Below, piece by piece: positions 38,825 to 48,656 of a stretch of 64,000 nucleotides of DNA. The notes beneath the pieces are model-generated. The model saw only the letters and a list, made by a program, of their open reading frames with translations, did no database searches and had not been told where the DNA came from. A program made the position numbers and the translations under genes. Source of the stretch: an uncultured Verrucomicrobiae bacterium (GTDB lineage Bacteria; Verrucomicrobiota; Verrucomicrobiia; Chthoniobacterales; JAFAMB01). The stretch covers positions 64,001-128,000 of the forward strand of contig CAVXLD010000009.1 in the NCBI GenBank assembly GCA_963762565.1. The letters run 5' to 3'. Within the stretch, counting starts at the first letter, position 1, and each line of letters begins with the position of its first letter.

Positions 38825-40660
38825 TTACACCGCTGCCAACTCTTCCACCCGGACCGCGACCGGTAGATCACAAAAGAACTCGGTTTGACCGTTGATCTCG
38901 CTTTTTACGCCGATGCGGCCGTCGTGCGCTTGAACAACCTGCCGGGCGATGGAGAGGCCCAAGCCTACCCCATCCCGGATACTTTGTTTTTCCGAGCGAT
39001 AAAACTTATCGAATACCTTGGCTTGCTCCAGATCAGATAGACCCGGACCATGATTGCTTACGCTAAAACGCACGAATTCTTCGCTGAGTTGCTGCACCCG
39101 GAGTTCGACTTGGGTGCCAGGGAAACTGTACTTGAGCGCATTGGACAGGAAGTTAGTGAGCACTAACGAAATACGGGTGCTGTCAACTGAGACTTCCGGT
39201 AAGTCCGGAGCAATATCCAACTCCAGATTCAGCGAAGCTTGATCGAAAAGTTCCAGAAAACGATCATAAGCGTCTTGCGCCAGTTGGGCAGGTGAGACTG
39301 GGCCAAGATCCAGTTGGTCTTGACCGCTCTCCATACGAGCCAGATCCAAGATACTCTTCAGCGTTTTCAGCAACCGCTCACATTCGTTGCAGCCAGTTAC
39401 GACCAATTCCTCCTGTGAGCTCGACAATTTGCCGGTGCGCTGTTCCAGCAACAGATGCAGGACCAGGCGTATCCCGGTCAACGGTGTCTTGATTTCGTGG
39501 CTTAAGGTCGCCAGCAAATCGGTTTTGACTTCGTCCAACCAACGGAACCGGGTCACATCAACCAGCATTACCGCACGCCCCGAGAATGTCCCATCTTCCA
39601 GGATGACCGGAAAGATTCGGGGCAAGAAATACGTTTCTTGCTCATTGATTCGAAAGAGCAAGGCTTGCTTGAGATCATCCATCCGATAGTCGGTCCCGGC
39701 TCGGGCCACATCCAATAACCGGCGTTTAACCTGTTGGGGTAAATGGGTTCCAGCGCCGAGATTGGCCATCAGACTTTCAGCGGCCGGATTCATCCGGGAA
39801 ATGCGGTCATGCTCGTCCAGAATGAAGAGCGGATAAGGCAACGTGGTCAGCAAAGCCCGGATCACCTGGTTTAACTCGATGAGCTTGCGATCCGTTTCTC
39901 GGTAGAAACTGCGGAGCTCCTGAGCCATGCGATTGAACTCATTGGTGAGTTCACCCAATTCATCCCGGCTCTGGACCGGCAGCAGATGGTCGAATTCTCT
40001 GGAACGCAGATCCCGAATGGAGTGGGTCAATCGACGGATAGGATGAATGAGCGAACGCCCCAGCCGGGTGTAAGTGAAAATGAAGACGATGACCGAACTC
40101 ACCATCGCGATCAATAGAAGCCGGATTGAGTCCGCTGCCTTACGGCGCGCTTCCTGGTTGGCCTGCAGCATTTGCTTTTCATTGATGCCGAGGATGGATT
40201 GACTCAGGTTCGTGATCTTGAGCGTCAACTCCGGAACCCGAGCCCAGGACTCATGGATGGCCGGGTCATGAGCGAAATATTGGCGAAACGTCTCCCGATA
40301 AACTTGGATGTAGTCTGTCGTCGCCTGCTTGAGCTGGCTCACCAGGTCTTTCTCTTCCGGCTCCCTGGCGTTCCGCTCCAGGACAGCAATAGCCGCCTGG
40401 AAATCCTTTTCTGTTCGATCTAACGGGCCGGTCTGGTCATAGGGCAGCGTCGGCCGGTCCACTCCGCGAGAATAGAAAATGTTAACTCTTGCGGTACCAA
40501 CCCGCATGGAATGGCAAGCCCGGATGCTGTCGTAATTCTTGCACATGACCCTGTCGACAGCTCGCCCGAGGTCATTAAACAGCCAGACACCGTAGATACC
40601 TACGGTGAGCAAAATGATCAGCGTGGCCAGCAGGCCAAGTGTAAGTCGCCAACGCAGCAT
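38825..40660 (-). CDS. HAMP/PAS sensor histidine kinase (KinB-like)
   Basis: Two TMs, HAMP (DELGELTNEFNRM), SHEIKTPL, NFLSNALKY and GVGLGLSI. Confidence 0.92.
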   Translation of the reverse strand: MLRWRLTLGLLATLIILLTVGIYGVWLFNDLGRAVDRVMCKNYDSIRACHSMRVGTARVNIFYSRGVDRPTLPYDQTGPLDRTEKDFQAAIAVLERNAREPEEKDLVSQLKQATTDYIQVYRETFRQYFAHDPAIHESWARVPELTLKITNLSQSILGINEKQMLQANQEARRKAADSIRLLLIAMVSSVIVFIFTYTRLGRSLIHPIRRLTHSIRDLRSREFDHLLPVQSRDELGELTNEFNRMAQELRSFYRETDRKLIELNQVIRALLTTLPYPLFILDEHDRISRMNPAAESLMANLGAGTHLPQQVKRRLLDVARAGTDYRMDDLKQALLFRINEQETYFLPRIFPVILEDGTFSGRAVMLVDVTRFRWLDEVKTDLLATLSHEIKTPLTGIRLVLHLLLEQRTGKLSSSQEELVVTGCNECERLLKTLKSILDLARMESGQDQLDLGPVSPAQLAQDAYDRFLELFDQASLNLELDIAPDLPEVSVDSTRISLVLTNFLSNALKYSFPGTQVELRVQQLSEEFVRFSVSNHGPGLSDLEQAKVFDKFYRSEKQSIRDGVGLGLSIARQVVQAHDGRIGVKSEINGQTEFFCDLPVAVRVEELAAV

Positions 40661-40862
40661 AAGCCTGGATTGTTGAAGAATCGCCTACGATTCTTCAACA
40701 ATCCAGGCTATTGCGTCGCGAGTCTTATATTTAAGAGCATTCACCATTAAGGGTACTCACAGCCGTTCGAGTTAGCCGATAGCCAGACGTCGATGTCTGG
40801 GTATCGGCTCATAGCGTGCCTCGCTGAAAAATGGCTAACCATTTTTCAGCGAGGCAGGCTTA
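40661..40862. repeat. multi-hairpin intergenic element (TAGCCTG family, copy C, minus orientation)
   Basis: 22-bp perfect stem 40662-40709, hairpin 40774-40809 and 22-bp stem 40813-40860; spans exactly from the regulator stop to the kinase ATG. Confidence 0.75.
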
Positions 40863-42194
40863 TTGGAGATTTAGCCGCTTCCGTTTTCGGTACAAGGTCG
40901 CTGGATCTATTCCTAAAGTCCTTGCCGCTGCATCGAGGCTGGATGCTCGCCCTAGAACGCTGCGGATATGAGCCTCCTCCAAAGTCTCCAGACTGACATC
41001 GCTCCCGATCGCAATCTTGGCGTCGAGAGGCGCCGGCGGGTTCTCTGGTATGAACCTTTCACCAATTAAATCATCCGGGGCCAGGATGACGGACCGTTCA
41101 ATCATGTTCCTCAGTTCTCGAAGATTACCCGGCCACTTGTAATTATTGAGTCTCTTCAATGCGCCGTCACTAAAGGCCACGCGCGGCCGGCCTAGCTGGC
41201 GAGAAAAGAATTCGAGATAAGATCTAGTAAGACGCGCTAAGTCAAGGAAACGCTCCCTTAAAGGCGGGATCCGGACCGAGATCACATCGAGACGATAGTA
41301 AAGATCTTCGCGGAAAGTGCCGGCTCGCACCCGCTCTTTCAGGTCGTTGTTTGTCGCCGCAATGATTCGTGCATCGGTAACCCGGATCTTATGTTCACCC
41401 AGCCGCTCATACTGGCGTTCTTGCAGCAAACGGAGCAATTTCGGCTGAATCTCGAGGGGAAGTTCACCAATCTCGTCGAGAAACAGCGTCCCCCCTTCGG
41501 CGGCCGCGACCTTGCCCCAGGTATCTCGAATGGCGCCCGTGAAAGCGCCTTTAACGTGCCCAAATAGGTCGCTCTCGAGCAGCTCGCGGGACAAACTAGG
41601 GCAACTCACCGTCACAAAAGGCGCGTCCCTCGCTCCGCTGCGGTCGTGGATGGCCTTAGCCAGGACACTCTTGCCGGTGCCGCTCTCGCCCAACAACAGT
41701 ATCGCGGCCTGCGTCGGCGCAGCTTTGAACAAAATTTCGACCGCCGACTGCATCGCCGGGTCATATGAAGAAAAGTCGAGCGTCGGATTCTGGAGATCGA
41801 TCTCCGTCTGTAACTCGACGATCTTGGTCTCCAGCTTCCGCTGCTTTTCCGCCCGAACCAAGATTTGGCGGAGGTTTTCCGGAGTAAAAGGCTTCTCCAG
41901 ATAATCAAAAGCCCCCTTCTGCATCGCCGTCACTGCCGAAGCCACGGATGCATAAGCGGTAAAAACGACGACTTGCACGTGAGGAAATCCTCGCTTGATC
42001 TCTTCGAGAACCTCCAGGCCGTCTTCATCTCCCAGCCGGAGGTCGAGAAAGACCAAATCGTAAGCGTCTTCCTGTAATTTCAGAAGAGCGACGGTTTTAC
42101 TGTCAGCGGATTCGGCGAAATGTCCTTCGGCACGGATGGCAATAACGGTGGAACTCCGAATGGCTTTTTCGTCGTCAATAATCAGCGCTCTCAT
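40860..42194 (-). CDS. sigma54-dependent response regulator (NtrC/AlgB-like)
   Basis: REC domain ([18 protein letters not shown]), GESGTGK, GAFTGA and Fis-type HTH ([11 protein letters not shown]). Confidence 0.93.
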   Translation of the reverse strand: MRALIIDDEKAIRSSTVIAIRAEGHFAESADSKTVALLKLQEDAYDLVFLDLRLGDEDGLEVLEEIKRGFPHVQVVVFTAYASVASAVTAMQKGAFDYLEKPFTPENLRQILVRAEKQRKLETKIVELQTEIDLQNPTLDFSSYDPAMQSAVEILFKAAPTQAAILLLGESGTGKSVLAKAIHDRSGARDAPFVTVSCPSLSRELLESDLFGHVKGAFTGAIRDTWGKVAAAEGGTLFLDEIGELPLEIQPKLLRLLQERQYERLGEHKIRVTDARIIAATNNDLKERVRAGTFREDLYYRLDVISVRIPPLRERFLDLARLTRSYLEFFSRQLGRPRVAFSDGALKRLNNYKWPGNLRELRNMIERSVILAPDDLIGERFIPENPPAPLDAKIAIGSDVSLETLEEAHIRSVLGRASSLDAAARTLGIDPATLYRKRKRLNLQ

Positions 42195-42582
42195 GAAATC
42201 CAGGCTTTGAGATTGTCCTTTAAGCAAATTTTGCGCCTAAGTTGTAAGTTGCTCATTTGTAATTTCTTACGGAATTAGCGTTGCGCACACATATCTAATA
42301 ACGCAATCGAAGCACGACAGTTTCGTGCAAATTGCATTGAACGGCAAAGCCAAGTTATTCAAACGGCCATTGTGGCAGGGCCAGTGGCTCTATGCGGGAA
42401 GGCACCGGCGCCTTGGGAGTAACCACGCGCTCGGGATCCACACATGGGAGTCGCGGTTTTGGTGCCCGAAATACGTTGCGCTCGATGCGCTTTGCCCAGT
42501 AACTCGGTGACTCGGTGGTAGATTCGTTTATCTTCAGACACCTTACAGAATGGGACCTCGAGCGTTTTGAAGAAGGGAGCGG

Positions 42583-43845
42583 GTGACGGCTACCGGACAG
42601 AACTCAGATCGGATGAACGGGGCGACGGCGAGCGCAAGTTGGCTATTGTCCCAAGAAGTTCGTGAGCCGGGTGATGGCGGGAGCTATTGGCCCAGCCGCA
42701 GCGATCTTTCGCTCGAGGAAAAGTGCGACCTCTACTACGGAAACGCAGGGATATTACTGTTCCTGCGCGAACTCTATGAAGCGACTGGTCGTCCAGAATA
42801 TCGGGAGGCGATTCGGCGCGGCGTACGGTTCCTGGAAAGGAATATCTCGCGCGTGGGTCGCTACGGTCTCTACGACGGGTTGGCTGGGATAGCGTTTTCC
42901 TTGGCCCAATGGCCGGATGACCCAGAGGCGGTAGCCGGCTGTTCGCGGGCGGTCGACCGTTTGCTTCGAGAAAAGCAAGACCACGTGAACGCGGGCGTGC
43001 GATGGAACCAACACATCGATGTGATGAGCGGTTCAGCGGGAATCGGGCTGAGTCTGCTTGAGCTTGGACGAAAATTGCATCGGCCAGAGCTAACCAATTT
43101 AGCGGTTCGGGCCGAAGTCGATCTGACGGCTGTCAGCTCAAATTTGCCCCGGCGGCGCTATTGGGTTCAGCAATCCAACGAGCAAAAGCAATACCCGAAT
43201 TTTTCTCATGGCACCGCTGGAGTCGGTTATTTTCTACTAAAGCTCTACGAAGAAACCGGTCACTGCAGGTTTCTTGACGCAGCCAATGACGCCGCGAACT
43301 GTCTCCAATCGATCATGTCCACCGACCCGGGGACCGAATGCCTTATTCCCCATGACTTACCCGAAGGAAGAGAGCTTTTCTATCTTGGGTGGTGCCATGG
43401 GCCGGCCGGCACCAATCGTTTTTTTTATGAGCTTTTTAGCATTACCAAAGAAGTTAAATGGCAAAGCGTTGGCCAAACCGCGGCGGAGACTATCCTGCGC
43501 TCCGGGATACCGGAACAACAGACACCCGGCCATTGGAATAACGTCAGTCGTTGTTGTGGAGTTGTCAGCGTTGGCGAGTTTTTTCTGGGACTTTATCGGA
43601 AAACCAAAAAGGTATCTTATCGCCAATTCGCGTTCCGGCTCGGCAAACACCTGGAAAACACAGCTCAAGCCGACGGCCAAGGTCTGAAATGGATCCAGGC
43701 TGAAAACCGGATTGAGCCAGACCGGCTGATAGCTCAGACCGGCCTGATGCAAGGTGGCGCTGGTATCGGATTGTTCCTCCTCCACTTGGCGGACCCAGAT
43801 AACAAACACGGAAGAGGGTTGCTCTTTCCGGATTCTCCCTGGTGA
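42583..43845 (+). CDS. stand-alone LanC-like (lanthionine synthetase C-like) protein
   Basis: GxAG repeats, FSHGTAG, GWCHGPAG, RCCG and GLMQGGAG. Confidence 0.88.
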   Translation: MTATGQNSDRMNGATASASWLLSQEVREPGDGGSYWPSRSDLSLEEKCDLYYGNAGILLFLRELYEATGRPEYREAIRRGVRFLERNISRVGRYGLYDGLAGIAFSLAQWPDDPEAVAGCSRAVDRLLREKQDHVNAGVRWNQHIDVMSGSAGIGLSLLELGRKLHRPELTNLAVRAEVDLTAVSSNLPRRRYWVQQSNEQKQYPNFSHGTAGVGYFLLKLYEETGHCRFLDAANDAANCLQSIMSTDPGTECLIPHDLPEGRELFYLGWCHGPAGTNRFFYELFSITKEVKWQSVGQTAAETILRSGIPEQQTPGHWNNVSRCCGVVSVGEFFLGLYRKTKKVSYRQFAFRLGKHLENTAQADGQGLKWIQAENRIEPDRLIAQTGLMQGGAGIGLFLLHLADPDNKHGRGLLFPDSPW

Positions 43846-43857
43846 CACGAGGTGGAA

Positions 43858-44197
43858 CGCGGTTGAGGCGTGTGATTGTGCCCAACGCCCGGAGGGGAGC
43901 CGCTTTGGATCGTATCCCGCCAGCCTCGCGACGTTCTTCTCAAGATTGGTCCAACCGGAACATGTTAAAACAGGCGGCTCCCGGGAATTACCCAGCGGTT
44001 TGCAGTTCCTGCAGGACGCGGCTTAACGAATCGGAGGCCATGAGGGTAAATGCATCACGTTGGGTTATTCCCGGGAGCCGCCTGTTGCCCAAATCTTTGG
44101 CCGACTCACACGCTAAGACAAAGATCACCAGGTCGTAAGATGACGCGCCAAAGCGGCTCCCCTCCGAGCGTTGGGACAAACACACCTCCTCAACGCG
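43858..44197. repeat. GGAGCCGC-family MITE/REPIN
   Basis: Long inverted ends cccaacgcccggaggggagccgctttgg / ccaaagcggctcccctccgagcgttggg. Confidence 0.75.
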
Positions 44198-44218
44198 CCG
44201 GCTGCAAGGACAGGCGCG

Positions 44219-47200
44219 CTAGATGAAGCGGAGGTGCCGCAAGTCGGCAACGTATTTATTGATCAGCTCCGCTGACAGCTGCGGAATATCAAAGCCGGCG
44301 GCTTCCAGCGCCGCGCAAAACCGCTGGGCGGGGAGACGGGACTTTGCAACGGGCGTTTGGGGACTGCGAAAGGGCCCAAGAAGCGCAAGCAATGAACTCT
44401 GCCTTTGCTCTTCGGGGAGAGATCGCATCGCAGTTTCAAATCGCGACAGCCAATCGCCGTAATTGTCGATCCGTTCTATTCGGTGTCCGGCATCATTTAG
44501 CCAATCGACAAATGTATCGAGCGAGATGCCGTCGTCGTAAGGGGCCGATAGATTGTAGGTATGGAATCCCTCGGAATCCCGGGCGCCAACTTCCGTAATC
44601 GACTCGGCGAGGAAGTCGACGGGGGTGCCTTCGTATTGGGCGCGTGGCCGGCCGGCCCGCGTGTCGCGCGCGTAGAAGGTCGATGGCGCTATGCCGGTGA
44701 CGACCAAACTGAACAGCAGTCTCGTGAATATGTCAGGGACATTCAGCTGGCCGGAGTAGACGCGGTGGGCGAGGATCATGCCTGGCCGGAATACGGAGAC
44801 GGGGAGGTTGCACAAATCGTGGGCTTCTCGCAGGAGGACTTCGCTGGCCCATTTGCTGATTCCGTAGCCGTTGGCATACCTCTCGTTGATCTCACAGACA
44901 GGGATAGAGCTGCGGATATCGCTGTCTTCGTCAACCAGATGGCGGGCGACTGAGTTCACGCCGAGGGTCGAGATGTAATTCAGCTGCTTCAGATTGGTGG
45001 TTAGGGCAAGCCGGATAACTTCGGCAGTGCCGACAACGTTGGCAGCGAACAATTGGTTGTAGGGCAGAACATGATTGACATGGGCAGCGGGGTGCACGAT
45101 CAGATCGACCGTCCTAGCCAGGCGGGCCCAGCTGCTGGCGTCCAGACCTAGGTTCGGCGAACCGATATCTCCCGCCAGAACCTCGAGATGATCGGAAGCT
45201 AAAGCCTGAAAATGCTTGAGGAGCGTTGCATCTGTGTTGAACGCGGACTCGATCCGCTGACGCGCCTGACCTGCGTCGGACCCGCGAGCAATGCAGATCA
45301 ATTTACCGTCCCGATCGGCCAGTCGCTCGAGCCACGCCAAGGCGAGGAACCGGCCGAGAAAGCCCGTTGAACCGGTCATCAGGACAGAACGGAAGGGATC
45401 ACAGGGTCGCGGCAACGTGGCAGCGTTGGCGAGCACCTGTTTGTCGATGAATTTATCGAGCGTCAGTTCGCTGGCATACACTTTAGACGCGCCGGGCACG
45501 TGCACGGTCGCGAAACTGGGCCGCTGCGCGCCGAGGCTACGTTCGGTTTCGATATAGTCTGCCAGATGTTGAACCGTGCCCGTTGGGCCGACGATAACCC
45601 CAACCGGGACCTCGATGCCGAAAATCTCCTGGAGCAGGATCGAAAACGTCAGGGCTGAAAGTGAGTCTCCGCCCAGTTCGCTAAATCGGGAATCGGAGCA
45701 CACGTCCGCAGGCGAAACCCCAAGAGTAGCCTGCACCGCGCGGCACACCGTTTCCGATACTGGCTGATCTGCTCCTCCGGCCCTCAGGGATCGAAGTTCG
45801 TTGAATTGGTCTTGGGCGAGCTTGGCGTACAGCTGCTCTAGTTGGTCGCCGTACCGCTCCTGGAATTTCGGGCGCTGAGACTTCCCGAGTTCCGACAGGA
45901 GGCCGTTCTGCAAGCTGAACGGAACGGTCTCAATCAGGAAGTCACGCGGGATTTCATAGCCGTTGAGATGGTGCTCCTTTGCAATCTGCTGCAGCGAGCG
46001 ACGGATCGCCGATTTCATCTGGTCGGTCCCTCCGCCTTTGGCGTCGACCTGAACAGTCAGCTCCTCGGCGGGTACTACAACGGCGAGCAAGAACGCTCGC
46101 TCGCTGCTGGCATACACGTAAATCTGCCGGATAATCGAGCTCTGCGAATACAGCACCTCCAGGCGGGAGATAGCGACAAATTCGCCCTGTGACAGCTTCA
46201 CAACGTTGTTGCGCCGGTCGAGATACATCAACCGGTCAGGCCCAAGCTCGGCCATGATATCGCCGGTTTTGTAGAAGCCTTCCTCATCGAATCTATCCGC
46301 CGTGAGTTCGGGACGTTTGTAGTAGCCGCCCATCAATCGTTCGGATTTCACAAGCAACTCCCCCCGCGGGTAGGGCTTGTCGGTACTGAAATATCCCAAC
46401 TCCGGCACGTCCACGAGTTTGTAGGCGATCACGGGCGGACGCTGCACTTTCCCATCGAGGAGCACACTGCGACCGGTAAGTTCCGTGCCGGAGTAGCCGA
46501 TGGGAATCCTCATTCTCAGCATCGACTCCGTGAAGGCATGAGTTTCGGGAGCCAAAGAAGCCGAGCCGCAACCGACCAAGAGGAGGCGGCCACCCAGTAG
46601 GTGCTCGCGTAACTCGCGTTTTACTTCCTTTTCGACCACGTCGGAAGCGGCGCCGTTTGCAATCCTTCTGTCCACTTCGCCGAGGAAATGGTGATGGAGC
46701 AATTCGCAGACACGGGGCACCAGCGAGATCATCGTGGGACGCGCTAGAGACAAGTCCTCGAACAGCGTCGATAAATCGCTCTTCGGCGAGCAGTAACTTG
46801 TCCCTCCGTTTGCCAGCGCCAGCAACAAGTAGCTGCTCCCAACGATGTGGCTCATCGGCATGAAGCTCAGGGTGATGGCCGGTATGCGCGATTCATTGAG
46901 CCACGTGGTGAGGATGAGGCTTTCGGGGTACATCGCCCCCTTTGGTGTACCGGTGGAGCCGGATGTGTAGAACAGCCAGGCCAATGGGTTTTCGTCGGCG
47001 TTGGGTATATATAAGGGCGCCGCCGGCAACAACTTTGCCCGGTTCATCACGTCGTCGAGCGTATCGACCACAATCCGGCAATTCGCGTTTGCCAACCGCT
47101 GACGCGCGCCCTCAAGCTTCTCGCGTTGGTCGTCGTCTCGAGAGTCGTAGTCGAAGACCAACATGCGTTCTGGCCTCCTGCCGGAGAGCACAGCACTCAC

Positions 47201-47743
47201 GGCGGCGTCGAGGTATTCAATTCCTATGGCCAGAATGCGGGGCTCAGTCTCGGCGATGATCTCGGCGTACTGGGCGGCTCGGGCGCTTGTCTGTAAGGGG
47301 ACGATGACTGCACCAAGATGGATAGACGCCAACAGTAGGGTAGCGTAATCCGTACTGGTGAAGCCCAGAATGCAAACAGAATCGCCTGCTCTGAGCGGCT
47401 GTGAGTTGTCATTGTGCCATTCGCTGGCAACAGCGCGCGCGCGCGTCCACAAATCCCGATAGGTGATGGTGTCGAAGCGCGGCAGCAGCCTGAGAGTTTT
47501 ACGGCCCGTCGTCTGATCGCTGACCAACTCGCGCGCGCGTTGACCGAGCGCTGGTCTATCGGTGTAACCCTCCATGACGATTTGCACAACCTGAGCCAGA
47601 CGCAGTCCAGGCTCCCGTTTCGCCGCTACGACTGTCTCTAACGGAAAAGAGTCGCGGAACTGTGGATCCGCGGCCAGCAACCTCTCGAGGCGATTCGGTG
47701 GCCGCTTTTCGCCTCCGCTTGTGATTTGGGTTGCAGCGCTCAT
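44219..47743 (-). CDS. car: carboxylic acid reductase (A-T-R)
   Basis: YTSGSTGTPKG, YKTGD, KLSQGEFV, LGGDSLSA (Ppant Ser), TGSTGFLG and GYGISKW; 1174 aa. Confidence 0.93.
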   Translation of the reverse strand: MSAATQITSGGEKRPPNRLERLLAADPQFRDSFPLETVVAAKREPGLRLAQVVQIVMEGYTDRPALGQRARELVSDQTTGRKTLRLLPRFDTITYRDLWTRARAVASEWHNDNSQPLRAGDSVCILGFTSTDYATLLLASIHLGAVIVPLQTSARAAQYAEIIAETEPRILAIGIEYLDAAVSAVLSGRRPERMLVFDYDSRDDDQREKLEGARQRLANANCRIVVDTLDDVMNRAKLLPAAPLYIPNADENPLAWLFYTSGSTGTPKGAMYPESLILTTWLNESRIPAITLSFMPMSHIVGSSYLLLALANGGTSYCSPKSDLSTLFEDLSLARPTMISLVPRVCELLHHHFLGEVDRRIANGAASDVVEKEVKRELREHLLGGRLLLVGCGSASLAPETHAFTESMLRMRIPIGYSGTELTGRSVLLDGKVQRPPVIAYKLVDVPELGYFSTDKPYPRGELLVKSERLMGGYYKRPELTADRFDEEGFYKTGDIMAELGPDRLMYLDRRNNVVKLSQGEFVAISRLEVLYSQSSIIRQIYVYASSERAFLLAVVVPAEELTVQVDAKGGGTDQMKSAIRRSLQQIAKEHHLNGYEIPRDFLIETVPFSLQNGLLSELGKSQRPKFQERYGDQLEQLYAKLAQDQFNELRSLRAGGADQPVSETVCRAVQATLGVSPADVCSDSRFSELGGDSLSALTFSILLQEIFGIEVPVGVIVGPTGTVQHLADYIETERSLGAQRPSFATVHVPGASKVYASELTLDKFIDKQVLANAATLPRPCDPFRSVLMTGSTGFLGRFLALAWLERLADRDGKLICIARGSDAGQARQRIESAFNTDATLLKHFQALASDHLEVLAGDIGSPNLGLDASSWARLARTVDLIVHPAAHVNHVLPYNQLFAANVVGTAEVIRLALTTNLKQLNYISTLGVNSVARHLVDEDSDIRSSIPVCEINERYANGYGISKWASEVLLREAHDLCNLPVSVFRPGMILAHRVYSGQLNVPDIFTRLLFSLVVTGIAPSTFYARDTRAGRPRAQYEGTPVDFLAESITEVGARDSEGFHTYNLSAPYDDGISLDTFVDWLNDAGHRIERIDNYGDWLSRFETAMRSLPEEQRQSSLLALLGPFRSPQTPVAKSRLPAQRFCAALEAAGFDIPQLSAELINKYVADLRHLRFI

Positions 47744-47753
47744 GTGCTGCTCC

Positions 47754-48518
47754 TTACTCGTTCAGCGTCCGCTTGATCCATTCCGCCGTGCTCGAAAAAA
47801 CGCCCGACACTTGTTCGTTGATCTGTTCGCCTTCTTTACTGACGGCGCCCGACAGCGTCACGCGCAGGCGCACGCGGACCTCGCCGATTTGCAGCAAATG
47901 ATCGGCCTTAAGAATCGCTTGCTGCCCAGGACCTAGTACCTGGTTATCGACTCGCACCACCGAACCAGGCTCTTGGGCTACCATCGCCACCCAATGAGAA
48001 CCACCACTCTGAAATCGAACTGGCCGAGCCGCGACTCCGGGTAGTCCCGCAAACAGTTCGGCGCCTAACGACCCCTCAGTCCCCAACGTGTCGCCATCTT
48101 TGCAAGACAAGGCCCGATCGCCAATTAGGATATCCAACTGGGGAGTCTCGCTGGGTGCCCGGGCTGGCTGAACCAATTGGGGTACTGCGGTGATGAGCTT
48201 CCCACCATAAGACCCGAAAATCTCACGGAATCGGATCACATCGAAAGTCTCTTGGGCATCGGTGCTGGGATTGACGATGGAAATCACTCCGCCCCGGGCA
48301 CGAACCCGGCGCGCCATCGATAGCAGCGAACGCAAGACGATGCCACTGACGAATGTTACTTCTGAGAAATCGAGCAGGAGGGTCGTGACGCTCCGGCTGA
48401 GCATTCGCTCGACCCACTGGGATAACTCTCGGTTGAACCTGGTTGCAGCCTCTTCGTCCAAACGCCCGTTGTAAACCAGGACCGGCTGATTCGCTCTGAT
48501 TTCCACTGTGACTTCCAT
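47754..48518 (-). CDS. STAS (anti-sigma antagonist) domain fused to an FHA-like domain
   Basis: GRLDEE...LLLDFSEVTFVSG (STAS); the C-terminal DGDTLG...LQIGEVRVRL resembles a degenerate FHA. Confidence 0.65.
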   Translation of the reverse strand: MEVTVEIRANQPVLVYNGRLDEEAATRFNRELSQWVERMLSRSVTTLLLDFSEVTFVSGIVLRSLLSMARRVRARGGVISIVNPSTDAQETFDVIRFREIFGSYGGKLITAVPQLVQPARAPSETPQLDILIGDRALSCKDGDTLGTEGSLGAELFAGLPGVAARPVRFQSGGSHWVAMVAQEPGSVVRVDNQVLGPGQQAILKADHLLQIGEVRVRLRVTLSGAVSKEGEQINEQVSGVFSSTAEWIKRTLNE

Positions 48519-48656
48519 AGGTCATCCGGCAGGTAATAACCTCATCCGGCACTCACTTTTGGTCTTGTTTAAGCAATTTGGATCTGAGACAAAAGGACTT
48601 CCCTAAGCAGCGCCAAGCAACGATTCATCACGCGCTTTTTTGGGATCTTCTTCGCC

